DNA from: an uncultured SAR86 cluster bacterium
GTDB taxonomy: Bacteria; Pseudomonadota; Gammaproteobacteria; Magnimaribacterales; AG-339-G14
DNA: 64,000 nt
Assembly: GCA_902627595.1 (NCBI GenBank)
Contig: CACOJO010000001.1
Span: 117,590 to 181,589, forward strand
Reading direction: 5' to 3'
Shown here piece after piece: positions 1 to 8,942 of this stretch. The position numbers and the translations under genes were made by a program. Every line of letters starts with the position of its first letter. Within the stretch, counting starts at the first letter, position 1. Below the pieces are notes generated by a model. That model searched no databases, was not told the DNA's origin, and saw only the letters and a program-made list of their open reading frames with translations.

Positions 1-544
1 CTCTAACTGCGAAAGAAGAATATCTTTTTTTTACCCATTTATTGAAGCCTTTGTATTCATTTAAGTTTCTATCTTGATACTTCCAGTCTTGGCGCCAGTG
101 CTTTACTACCATTGGCTCTGATAATGAGCCATCTTCCTTCTCAGTGAAAATTACTAAGATATGCTGCAGGCTAATAAAATCTCTTTTATCTTCCACAAGA
201 GTCACAAACTCTGTTGCCCAAGATTGATAAGGCCTGCTAGGACTGTAACCTTCTGTGAAACCCATGGTTTCCATGAAATCAAAATAAACTCTGTATTCGC
301 CCAACATCGCCAGAATAGCTCTTCTATCCTTTTCAAACTTACTGATACCTTTTTGTTGAAGTTTCTCCCATGCAGCACTTGAGGAAAAGTCGAGATCAAC
401 AGCCGGACCTTTTGTGGAACCACCTCTTGGGGTTTTAAGTTTTTCATCTTCTATTTGAGACCAGCCAAAAACATAATTTTTATCACTCAAAGATAGTGAT
501 GAAAAAGAAAGTAACAAGACTAATAGAGCATTGAGTAATTTCAT
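1..544 (-). CDS. Secreted DUF6607-like protein, partial (runs off the left edge); absent from the ORF track
   Basis: Hand translation from ATG at 544: MKLLNALLVLLLSFSSLSLS (signal peptide)...KDRRAILAMLGEYRVYFDFMET...YQSWATEFV...ISLQHILV...VVKHWRQDWKYQD. Open to the window edge; motifs recalled as DUF6607. Confidence 0.75.
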   Translation of the reverse strand, partial: MKLLNALLVLLLSFSSLSLSDKNYVFGWSQIEDEKLKTPRGGSTKGPAVDLDFSSSAAWEKLQQKGISKFEKDRRAILAMLGEYRVYFDFMETMGFTEGYSPSRPYQSWATEFVTLVEDKRDFISLQHILVIFTEKEDGSLSEPMVVKHWRQDWKYQDRNLNEYKGFNKWVKKRYSSFAVR

Positions 545-562
545 AATATTTAATTCCTTTGT

Positions 563-585
563 TAAATGATAACGATTATCATTTA
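563..585. promoter_or_regulatory. Fur box (iron-responsive operator) between divergent genes
   Basis: TAAATGATAA-CGA-TTATCATTTA: perfect 10-bp inverted repeat closely matching the Fur consensus GATAATGATAATCATTATC, directly upstream of a siderophore-interacting protein. Confidence 0.85.
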
Positions 586-601
586 TGATTCAATTAGTTT
601 T

Positions 602-1672
602 ATGAAATTACCTGTGAATGATTCTAAGGAAATAACACTCTTCGTTGATAATTATAATAGCAACCATAGCGATGCTGTCCTTTTAGTGGCAAATTATTTG
701 TCAAAAAATCACAACTTATCTGCAGAAATAATAATCTCTGAAAATAAACAATTAAATTTAAAAACAACAAATAAAAACAAGAAGGAAGAGTATTTAGTTT
801 TAGATTTAGATCTGAATTCAAAAACACTTGATTTTAAAACTTTTTTTATAGGGCTCATTTATCAGGCTCGAGAAAAATTAGGATCTGATTTTCCCAAAAC
901 AAAAATCGAAAAAGATATTGAAAAGTCATTGCACTCATTATCTTTTTACTCAGAAGTTAATGAGACAAAATTCATATCTAAAAATATAAAAGAAATTTCT
1001 TTTAGAGGAGATTTCAGGAATCTTGAAACTCAAAATAATGATGAATTTTTGTTTGTTATCGTTCCCTTAGATAAAAGAAAAACTTTTTTAGATAAAGATT
1101 ACTCGATGGAGGATTATAGAAAACAGATGTCTCAGGAGAAAAAAATAACTGCTGGTGCTTATTACACTATAAGAAACTTTAGTCAGGATGAAATAAAAAT
1201 GTGGTTTGTCTTGCACAGTCATTCAGGAAATTTAGGCAATTGGGCTGAAAAAGCTAAGAAGGGCGATCAGGCAATTCTGTGGGGCCCAAGGTCAATGTTT
1301 AGTCCATCTAAAAAATTTAGTCATTTGATTTTAATAGCAGATGAAACAGGGATACCTGCAATGAAAGTCATTAGTGAAAACAATAAAAATTTTTCCAAAT
1401 GTACAACTTTTTATGAAGTTATCGATGAAAGCTGCCAAATACCATCAAAAGGAGAAAATAATATTTTAGAAAATTGGATTTATCGAGAAGGCGATGAACC
1501 CGGCGAAGGAGAGAAATTATTAGACAGTTTGAAAGTGTATGAGCTTCCAAAAAATGATTTTTATATTTTTGGAGCAGGCGAGGCTAGACAGATGATGAAA
1601 ATTAGAAAATTCTTCAAAAATGAAGGTGTTGCAAAAGAACAAATGCACATAACTGGCTATTGGAAAAAATAG
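602..1672 (+). CDS. Siderophore-interacting protein (FAD-binding ferric reductase, ViuB/YqjH family) with N-terminal DUF2470-like domain
   Basis: YYTIR, FVLH, WGPR, ADETGIPA, GAGEA and C-terminal TGYWK motifs; N-terminal YNSNHSDAVLLVA resembles DUF2470. ATG 602 preferred because ATG 566 lies inside the Fur box. Confidence 0.8.
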   Translation: MKLPVNDSKEITLFVDNYNSNHSDAVLLVANYLSKNHNLSAEIIISENKQLNLKTTNKNKKEEYLVLDLDLNSKTLDFKTFFIGLIYQAREKLGSDFPKTKIEKDIEKSLHSLSFYSEVNETKFISKNIKEISFRGDFRNLETQNNDEFLFVIVPLDKRKTFLDKDYSMEDYRKQMSQEKKITAGAYYTIRNFSQDEIKMWFVLHSHSGNLGNWAEKAKKGDQAILWGPRSMFSPSKKFSHLILIADETGIPAMKVISENNKNFSKCTTFYEVIDESCQIPSKGENNILENWIYREGDEPGEGEKLLDSLKVYELPKNDFYIFGAGEARQMMKIRKFFKNEGVAKEQMHITGYWKK

Positions 1673-1682
1673 ACTTTAAATT

Positions 1683-2816
1683 TTAAAGCTCAGTGGCAAG
1701 CTCAATAAATTTATTTTTTAGAAAAGTTAGTTTATTAGTAAGACTAAAAGCATGATTTCTAATAAGTCTTATCCAGATATTTTTTTGCTCGAAACCTCTT
1801 TTGAAAGCTTCCATAGCAGCTGCTAGGGCTAAATTGATTGGAATTCTTTGTCGGTTGTATTTATCTTCAATTTGTTTAACTTGAAGCAAACCATCAGGAC
1901 TAATTAAATCTGATAGAGATTTCACATCACCGATTCCTGCGTTTAATCCCAATCCCGCTAACGGATGAATATGGTGTGCAGCATCTCCCACAAGAAAAAC
2001 ATTACCTCTGGCAAAAGTTTTTGCAGAGAGGTGTTTTAGGGGAAATGACTGCCTTTTGGCTGAGAATTTTATTTCTGGCAGTTTTTCTCCGAATGATCGA
2101 TGAATTTCATCTATAAAGTCATCCTCATTCATACCCAAGTAATCAAAGGCCCTGCTATCGTCAATAGACCATATCATGGTAAGTTCAGTCTCATTCATTG
2201 GTAGCAAAGCAAGCGGTCCCACCGAGGTGAAAGTTTGTCTAATGCATGAGTCTGTTTTGGGTACAGAAAAGTTAGCAACTATTGCTGTCTGATTGTAACT
2301 CCAAGTTCTTGAAGAAATCGAAGAAAGGTTTCTTACACTTGATTGAATGCCATCTGCGCCTATTAAAATTTTTGTCTCCAATTTTCCTTTTGATGTTTCG
2401 CAATGAATATCTCCGTTAATTTTCTCTATTTTTTCTAAATTACAACTCCACAAAAGATTTTTTGAATCGGAAACGAGAGATAACAGAGAATTTTGAATGT
2501 CTCCTTCTTTGACTATGAAACCAATATTCGGAATATTTTTTTCCAATTCATTTACATTGAAATCTATGAATCCAGTACCTTCTTGATCCCAAACCTTTAT
2601 CTGGTTGTATTCAAAAGCATTTTTACTTATGACATTCCATGCATCTAGCTCTTTAAGAAATGACATGCTCTTATTATTCAATGATAGATGGCGGTAACTG
2701 TTGGGCGCTTTGTCTCGACCGTCTATTAGACCGACATTTATATTTTTATTCTTCAACGCAAGAAAAAGGAGGGCACCAGTTACTCCAGCACCAACAATGA
2801 GGACATCATATTTCAT
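1683..2816 (-). CDS. UbiH/UbiI/VisC-family FAD-dependent ubiquinone hydroxylase
   Basis: GAGVTG FAD motif, IGADG, GDAAHHIHPLAGLGLNAGIGD; directly downstream of pepP. Confidence 0.88.
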   Translation of the reverse strand: MKYDVLIVGAGVTGALLFLALKNKNINVGLIDGRDKAPNSYRHLSLNNKSMSFLKELDAWNVISKNAFEYNQIKVWDQEGTGFIDFNVNELEKNIPNIGFIVKEGDIQNSLLSLVSDSKNLLWSCNLEKIEKINGDIHCETSKGKLETKILIGADGIQSSVRNLSSISSRTWSYNQTAIVANFSVPKTDSCIRQTFTSVGPLALLPMNETELTMIWSIDDSRAFDYLGMNEDDFIDEIHRSFGEKLPEIKFSAKRQSFPLKHLSAKTFARGNVFLVGDAAHHIHPLAGLGLNAGIGDVKSLSDLISPDGLLQVKQIEDKYNRQRIPINLALAAAMEAFKRGFEQKNIWIRLIRNHAFSLTNKLTFLKNKFIELATEL

Positions 2817-4096
2817 TAACTCGCCATCAGTTGTTGAATGTCATCAAGCTCTTTAATGGCTGAACTAAGAACTTTAGGCTGATTATTTTCAACCAGCACA
2901 TCATCTTCGATTCGAATTCCAATTCCTTTAAATTTTTCAGGTACGTTTTCTTCATTACTGATGTAGATCCCTGGCTCGATCGTGGTAATCATCCCATTTT
3001 CATAAGACCTTACTTTGCCATCTTTTTCATAGCCACCGACATCATGCACATCAAGGCCTAACCAATGACCGACGCGGTGCATGTAGAACTTTGAATAGGA
3101 TTTAGTTTCAATCACCTCTTCTTTAGAGCCCTTTAACAAACCCAAGCTCAATAGTCCTTCAACAATGACTTCTAAAGATTTTTTATGCGTCTCAAGAGGA
3201 TTAGATTTTTCTGAAATGCTTTCAATAGATTGCTTTTGAGATTCCAAAACGATCTCGTAGATAAGTTTCTGTTCTGACGAAAATTTTCCATTCACAGGAA
3301 AGGTCCTTGTGATATCGCTCGCGTAGCTCTTGTATTCGCAGCCTGCATCGACCAGAACCAAATCACCGTCTTTTAGCAAATCTGTATTCTTGCTGTAATG
3401 AAGAATGCATGCATTTTCTCCTCCTCCCACGATAGAAGGATAGGCACACTCCTTTGCTCCATTGACCATAAATTCATGCAGATATTCTGCTTCAAGTTGA
3501 TATTCGTACATTTCTGGTTTTACAGCTTTCATTGCTCTTTCATGAGCCGAAGATGAGATATCACATGCTTTTTGAATAATACTGATTTCTTCTTTTGATT
3601 TTAAAAGTCTTAATTCGTGTATAAAAGAATCAACACTCTTAATGTTTTTTGGATTTAAATCAAAGTTGATCTTTTTTCCTTTTAGCCCCTTGGTTAATGA
3701 AAAGAATAATTTTTTTTGACTTTTGTTTTGACAAAATAAATGATCTGCACCTTCAAGAAATTCAGTGGTTTTTAAAATGAGATCATCTATTTTAAAACCG
3801 CTTTCAAAACCCAGTTGGGACACATTTTCAGGACCCAATCGGGGTCCCTCCCATTTTTCTCTTACTTCATCTCTTTCCGCACAGAAGAGATGAAAAATCG
3901 TACTCCCTTTTTTTTCAATAACTAACGCAGCATCTGCTTCATTAAAGTTAGTTAAGTACAAAAAATCACTATCTTGTCTAAAAGAATAGTCAGTATCACC
4001 ATTTCTGGTTTTTTGATTGGCTGAATGAATGACTGCTACCGATCCATCAGGCAACAGATCAGCTAATTTTTTTCTTCTTTCTAGAAAAATGTCCAT
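2816..4096 (-). CDS. pepP: Xaa-Pro aminopeptidase
   Basis: FRQDSDFLYLT, DAGCE, SDITRTFP, GHWLGLDVHD, TIEPGIY, GIRIEDD. Confidence 0.95.
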   Translation of the reverse strand: MDIFLERRKKLADLLPDGSVAVIHSANQKTRNGDTDYSFRQDSDFLYLTNFNEADAALVIEKKGSTIFHLFCAERDEVREKWEGPRLGPENVSQLGFESGFKIDDLILKTTEFLEGADHLFCQNKSQKKLFFSLTKGLKGKKINFDLNPKNIKSVDSFIHELRLLKSKEEISIIQKACDISSSAHERAMKAVKPEMYEYQLEAEYLHEFMVNGAKECAYPSIVGGGENACILHYSKNTDLLKDGDLVLVDAGCEYKSYASDITRTFPVNGKFSSEQKLIYEIVLESQKQSIESISEKSNPLETHKKSLEVIVEGLLSLGLLKGSKEEVIETKSYSKFYMHRVGHWLGLDVHDVGGYEKDGKVRSYENGMITTIEPGIYISNEENVPEKFKGIGIRIEDDVLVENNQPKVLSSAIKELDDIQQLMAS

Positions 4097-4163
4097 ATGT
4101 TGATTTTACTTCAATATAAAGTCTTTATAGAAACGTTATTGATATAAGAATAAAATAATAACT

Positions 4164-4352
4164 GTGTCGCAGAAGGAATTAGAGAAAAATCTAAAGGAAC
4201 TTTTAGAACTATCTAAAAAACTTAGAGAGGCAAATAAAGATTTAAGAAACAAAAATTTAAGACTCAAAAAAGAGAATAATCGACTAAAAGATAATATAGA
4301 ATTATCAAGAAATAAGTTAGAAATATTGATTTCAAAATTAGAAGCTTTATGA
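4164..4352 (+). CDS. Small coiled-coil protein (TIGR02449/ZapB-like)
   Basis: 62-aa heptad pattern; conserved position upstream of zapA with 4-nt overlap. Confidence 0.7.
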   Translation: MSQKELEKNLKELLELSKKLREANKDLRNKNLRLKKENNRLKDNIELSRNKLEILISKLEAL

Positions 4353-4717
4353 GTGAAGACGATCAAGACATAGTAACCCTGAAAATAGCAGGCATCGAGT
4401 ATCAGTTATATTGTCCTCCCGAGGAACAATCTACCTTGATCGAAGCTGGTGAAATCTTGGATAAGCGTATCAAATCCATCAAACGCAAAACTAGAAATCT
4501 TCCAATTGAAAAAGTTGCCGTATTAGCAGGCCTTGACGTAGTGAATGAATTCCTCTCAAACGAGGGAGCTTCTTCAACCGAGACAAATGATGAATCATCG
4601 GCAGCTACAGATGAAAAATCAGCCGTAAATGTTTCAGAAGAAAAAGTAGATTCATCTGAAGAAGAAAATTTAAGTCTTAAGTTAGTAGACGAGATTTCTG
4701 AATTATCTAAGCTTTAA
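4349..4717 (+). CDS. zapA: Cell division protein ZapA with acidic C-terminal tail
   Basis: IAGIEYQLYCPPEEQSTL...KVAVLAGL; zapA-ssrS-ygfA synteny. Confidence 0.85.
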   Translation: MSEDDQDIVTLKIAGIEYQLYCPPEEQSTLIEAGEILDKRIKSIKRKTRNLPIEKVAVLAGLDVVNEFLSNEGASSTETNDESSAATDEKSAVNVSEEKVDSSEEENLSLKLVDEISELSKL

Positions 4718-4722
4718 AATAT

Positions 4723-4731
4723 TGCTATAAT
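4723..4731 (+). promoter_or_regulatory. Extended -10 promoter for 6S RNA
   Basis: TGCTATAAT about 6 nt upstream of the predicted 6S 5' end. Confidence 0.6.
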
Positions 4732-4736
4732 TTTCA

Positions 4737-4910
4737 AAGCTTCCTGGCTTATTTGCTAGTTATATAACACTTCGAGCCGATGCAAAATAAATAGGGAATT
4801 TGATACTTCTCTTGTTGAGCGCCCCTAGGGCAGCCTGATAGATGGTGATTATTCCCGACCTGAACTTTACGGTTCGGGTTTTATTTAACGGCGGTAATTT
4901 GGGAAGCGCT
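4737..4910 (+). ncRNA. ssrS: 6S RNA (ends approximate)
   Basis: About 175-nt GC-enriched non-coding stretch between zapA and ygfA. Termini are complementary (GCTTCC / GGAAGC) and it contains CCTGAAC...GGTTCGGG typical of the gammaproteobacterial 6S 3' side. Confidence 0.85.
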
Positions 4911-4911
4911 T

Positions 4912-5469
4912 TTGAGTATGAATAAAACTGAAGCAAGAGATTTAATTTCAGATGGCTTCAAAAGCCTAACTGCTTCTTCCAAAAGTTACCAAGAAAAAGT
5001 CCACTTAGATTTTATAAAAAACCATATAGAGGAAAAAAGTTTTTCACATGTTGCAAGTTATATGTCTCTACCTTACGAAGTTTCAACTGAGAAAATAAAT
5101 GAATTTCTTAGCGACTTCAAAACTCATTTTTACCTTCCAAAAATTAACTCCATCAGCAACACATTGGAATTTGTACGTTGTAATAAAAAAACAAAATTTA
5201 AAAAAAATTCTTTTAATATTCTTGAGCCTATCAGTGAGGAAACTATTAAGCTGGAGAAATTAAATGCGGTTATTGTTCCTTTACGCGCCTTCAATGAAAA
5301 CTTTCAAAGATTGGGTTTCGGAGGGGGATTTTATGACAAAACTTTCTCAGGAGTCTCCCAACCACAATTAATTGGCTTAGCCTATGAGTTTCAATACTTA
5401 AAAAAATTGAAACTTGAAGACTACGACTTAAAGTTAGATACAGTATTTACAAATAAGCAATTACTTTAA
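4912..5469 (+). CDS. ygfA: 5-formyltetrahydrofolate cyclo-ligase
   Basis: IVPLRAF, RLGFGGGFYDK; follows 6S RNA. Confidence 0.92.
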   Translation: MSMNKTEARDLISDGFKSLTASSKSYQEKVHLDFIKNHIEEKSFSHVASYMSLPYEVSTEKINEFLSDFKTHFYLPKINSISNTLEFVRCNKKTKFKKNSFNILEPISEETIKLEKLNAVIVPLRAFNENFQRLGFGGGFYDKTFSGVSQPQLIGLAYEFQYLKKLKLEDYDLKLDTVFTNKQLL

Positions 5470-6993
5470 AAAAGCTTGATACCCTAGATTTTCAGTCTCT
5501 CTTGTAAATGGATAGGATATTCTAAGCAGGTCTCTTTCCAGAGTTTTTACTTGGTTTTGCCTTATTGTAAAACCTACTAAAGCACCACCATAGATTGCAC
5601 CTTGATTTTTGTAATGAAAAAGGGAAATGTCCCATTTATCTTTTAGCAAAGTTAAAAAATCGAGAAGGGCTCCTGGTTTTTCAGGAAAATCGACACTATA
5701 AACCTCTTCTATGAAATCTCTTTCCAATTGAGGCCCTCTGCCACCATGCATAAATTTAAGATGTTTTTTGGAAATTTCGTCATTGCTTAAATCTGTAAAA
5801 AAATATTTTTTATTTTTCAAGGCTTTTAAAAAAACATCCTTACTTTTTTTTGAATCTTGAAGTTCTAATCCCAAAAGAATTTTTGCCGAAGAACTATTAT
5901 CTTTTCGATAACTAAACTCGGTGATATTTTTTTGGCCGATGTCTCTACAAAGTTTTCTGAACGATCCTTTTTTTTCTTCTATAGAAATGCTTATTATAAT
6001 TTCCTTTTTTTCTCCAATTTTAGATCTTTCAACAATGTGCCCTAAAGACTCAAAATTGAGATTAGACCCACAATAAGTAGCGATAAGATTTTTATTCTTA
6101 ATTCTTTTTTGTCTCACATATTTTTTCAATCCAGCTAGAGCTAATGCCCCTGTTGGTTCAGGAACAGTTCTAGTTTCTAAAAAGGTATCTTTTACAGCAG
6201 CACAAATTTCATCGGTATCGACAGTTATTGAGTCGTCCAAGAATTCTTTAATAAGTTCGTAGTTATTCTTACCAATTTGTTTTGCTGCAGCTCCATCGGC
6301 AAACAATCCAACTTCTTTGAGTTTTACTCTTTTACCTGCATTCATAGAGGCATGTAATCCAGCCGAATCCGCTGCTTCAACACCTATTATTTTTACATTA
6401 GGATGAGCCACATCTAAGTATGCTCCAATTCCAGCAATCAACCCGCCGCCACCAACAGCGACGAATACAGCATAAAGATTTTCAGGAAATTGTTCAGAAA
6501 TTTCTAGACCAACTGTACCTTGACCTGCTATTACCAATGGATCATCAAATGGATGAATGAAATTCACTTTATTTTTTTTACAAAATTTCTTTGACTCGTT
6601 AAGAGCATCATCAAAGTTATTACCAACTAAAACTACTTTAGCTTTTAAATCTCTCACTGCATTTACTTTAATTAAAGGAGTAGTCTTTGGCATGAAAATA
6701 GTTGCCTTAATTCCTAGCTCTTTTGCTGAATAAGCTACACCTTGAGCATGATTTCCAGCAGACGCCGTTGCCACCTCAACAATCTTTTTTGATTGGTATA
6801 GATGAGCAATCTTATTGTAAGCGCCTCTAATCTTAAAAGAGTGGGTAGGTTGTAAATCTTCTCTTTTTAAATAAATACTATTTTTTAGTTCTTTTGATAA
6901 GAAATCAGCTTTACTTAGCGGTGAAATATTAGCGACCTCGTAAACTTTAGAGTTCTCTATTTTATTTATGTAGTTTTTGATTACTTTTTTCAT
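5461..6993 (-). CDS. ilvA: Threonine dehydratase, biosynthetic
   Basis: KREDLQPTHSFKIRGAYN, ASAGNHAQG, two C-terminal regulatory domains. Confidence 0.95.
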   Translation of the reverse strand: MKKVIKNYINKIENSKVYEVANISPLSKADFLSKELKNSIYLKREDLQPTHSFKIRGAYNKIAHLYQSKKIVEVATASAGNHAQGVAYSAKELGIKATIFMPKTTPLIKVNAVRDLKAKVVLVGNNFDDALNESKKFCKKNKVNFIHPFDDPLVIAGQGTVGLEISEQFPENLYAVFVAVGGGGLIAGIGAYLDVAHPNVKIIGVEAADSAGLHASMNAGKRVKLKEVGLFADGAAAKQIGKNNYELIKEFLDDSITVDTDEICAAVKDTFLETRTVPEPTGALALAGLKKYVRQKRIKNKNLIATYCGSNLNFESLGHIVERSKIGEKKEIIISISIEEKKGSFRKLCRDIGQKNITEFSYRKDNSSSAKILLGLELQDSKKSKDVFLKALKNKKYFFTDLSNDEISKKHLKFMHGGRGPQLERDFIEEVYSVDFPEKPGALLDFLTLLKDKWDISLFHYKNQGAIYGGALVGFTIRQNQVKTLERDLLRISYPFTRETENLGYQAFLK

Positions 6994-7047
6994 AAAATTT
7001 CTTGAAAGCGAGGTATTATACGTAGAGTTCTCTTATAAGCCATAGAC

Positions 7048-7725
7048 ATGGAAAATTCTAACTCAGAAATCAAACAAGCTGTTGCACGTAAAGCCTTTGA
7101 GCACTTGGCATCAAAGCTTAATAAGGATTGTATTCTGGGCATAGGTACAGGTACCACCACTAATTTTTTTATCCAAGAACTTATCAATCAAAAACCTGAA
7201 ATTAAAGCCATCGTGTCTAGTTCAGTCGCAAGCACGCAATTATTGGAAGCGGCAGGCTTGGAAGTTTCTGAATTAAACGACGTTGGTTCTCCAGATTTTT
7301 ATATTGATGGTGCTGATGAAATCAATGATCGTTTTGAAATGATTAAAGGCGGAGGTGGGGCGCTTACTCGAGAAAAGATTATTGCCTCTGCGTCTAAAAA
7401 ATTTATATGCATTTGTGATTCTTCAAAAAAAGTAAAACTACTTGGAAAATTTCCAGTTGCCATTGAAGTCATTCCAATGGCAAGAAGTTATGTCGCTCGA
7501 CAGATGGTGGTAAAAGGAGGAACTCCAGAATACAGAGTAGGATTTTTATCTGACAATGGAAATCAAATAATAGACGTCCGCAACTTAAAACTTAACGTGC
7601 CTTATGACTTTGAAAACGAAATCAATAACATTCCTGGGGTGGTAGCCAATGGCATATTTGCTGCAAGAAAAGCAGATTGTTTGATTATTGATAAAAATGG
7701 AGTTCCGGAAGTTTTAGAGCAGTGA
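7048..7725 (+). CDS. rpiA: Ribose-5-phosphate isomerase A
   Basis: GIGTGTT, DGADE, IKGGGGALTREK. Confidence 0.96.
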   Translation: MENSNSEIKQAVARKAFEHLASKLNKDCILGIGTGTTTNFFIQELINQKPEIKAIVSSSVASTQLLEAAGLEVSELNDVGSPDFYIDGADEINDRFEMIKGGGGALTREKIIASASKKFICICDSSKKVKLLGKFPVAIEVIPMARSYVARQMVVKGGTPEYRVGFLSDNGNQIIDVRNLKLNVPYDFENEINNIPGVVANGIFAARKADCLIIDKNGVPEVLEQ

Positions 7726-8316
7726 TTCAATAGCGGAAATTATTTCCTCGCTATCAGGTTCAATATTCTTAGAGAAAGGTTTTAGAACTTCACCATCTTT
7801 TGATATCAAGTACTTGGTGAAATTCCAATCGGGGGATTTTCCAGTAATCATGGCTAGGTTTTGATAAAAGCTATTGGCTTTTTTTCCTTTAACACTTGAT
7901 GTAGCAAACATAGGAAAGGTGACACCATATTTTGAATTACAAAATTCTTTAACTTGACCCTCATCGCTATATTCTTGAAACATAAAGTCCCGGGAAGGAA
8001 AACCTAAAATGACAAAATCTTTGTCTTGGTAGATTTCAAATAGAGATTGCAGCGCCTCATATTGATAAGTGAAGCCACATCGACTAGCAACATTTACTGC
8101 AAGTACTACTTTATCTTTATGTTTGCATAAGTTAATGATTTCTTTTGAGTCTAGCACCCGTATGTCGTGATTTAGAATAGCTGGACAGCCTTCTACAGGT
8201 ATTTTATTTAAATCGGGTTGAAAATTGACTGCGTTTAAACTTTCTATTTCTGCACTTCCTTGGGAACAACTAACTAGGAGGAAGGAAAAAACAATTGAAA
8301 TAAATCTCATGATCAT
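7714..8316 (-). CDS. Glutathione peroxidase-family protein, predicted lipoprotein (Cys-type)
   Basis: NVASRCGFTYQY, LGFPSRDF, WNFTKYL; lipobox LLVS-C. Confidence 0.88.
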   Translation of the reverse strand: MIMRFISIVFSFLLVSCSQGSAEIESLNAVNFQPDLNKIPVEGCPAILNHDIRVLDSKEIINLCKHKDKVVLAVNVASRCGFTYQYEALQSLFEIYQDKDFVILGFPSRDFMFQEYSDEGQVKEFCNSKYGVTFPMFATSSVKGKKANSFYQNLAMITGKSPDWNFTKYLISKDGEVLKPFSKNIEPDSEEIISAIESLL

Positions 8317-8333
8317 AAGTTAAATAATAAATT

Positions 8334-8942
8334 TTAGTAAATCAATACTTGTGTACCTTTTCTTACTCTATTGAATAACTTTATAACGTCTACATTTCTC
8401 ATTCTAATGCAACCCAAGCTTGCAGGTTCACCAATTAGCCCTTCTTCTGCAGTACCATGAATATAAATATAACGACTTTTAGAGTCTACATTCCCTCCTT
8501 TATTTTTACCAACTTCCAAACCATCCAACCATAAAATTCTAGTAGTTATGACATCTTCTTTGATATCAATTTTTTCTGTGATTGGCTTAACCACTTCCCC
8601 AGTGAATTTTCTGGCTTTAAAAACAGAACCTATTTTTGCACCTTTGCCGATCTTTTCTGAAATAACATGTGCTCCGAGAGGAGTTTTTAAACTATTTCGA
8701 ACACTGCCGATTCCATAAGCAGAAGAAGAAATAGGATAAGTTTTACTTGAATAAGGATTTTTTATTGTAAGTTCTTGTTTGGCTAAATTTATTAAAACAT
8801 GAGTTCGGTTTTTATTAATTTCTCCAAACTCCTGAAAATTTATATTCTCATAAGATGAAAAATTTATTGGAAGTGAACTACAACTATAGAAAAAGGCAGA
8901 ACTAAAAATTAAATAAACTAAATATTTAAAGAAATTTTTCAT
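8334..8942 (-). CDS. L,D-transpeptidase (YkuD) family protein, possible lipoprotein
   Basis: SLKTPLG, YIYIHGT, ASLGCIRM catalytic motif; FFYS-C lipobox-like. Confidence 0.85.
   Translation of the reverse strand: MKNFFKYLVYLIFSSAFFYSCSSLPINFSSYENINFQEFGEINKNRTHVLINLAKQELTIKNPYSSKTYPISSSAYGIGSVRNSLKTPLGAHVISEKIGKGAKIGSVFKARKFTGEVVKPITEKIDIKEDVITTRILWLDGLEVGKNKGGNVDSKSRYIYIHGTAEEGLIGEPASLGCIRMRNVDVIKLFNRVRKGTQVLIY

Noticed and set aside
161-447. ORFs 161..382 (+) and 202..447 (-)
   Set aside because: Shadow frames of the real minus-strand gene starting at 544, which the track missed because it has no stop inside the window.
566-601. ATG 566 as the start of the SIP gene
   Set aside because: It falls inside the Fur palindrome; ATG 602 is more plausible.
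7714-8316. Selenocysteine-containing glutathione peroxidase
   Set aside because: The catalytic position is a Cys codon (ASRCG) and there is no in-frame TGA.
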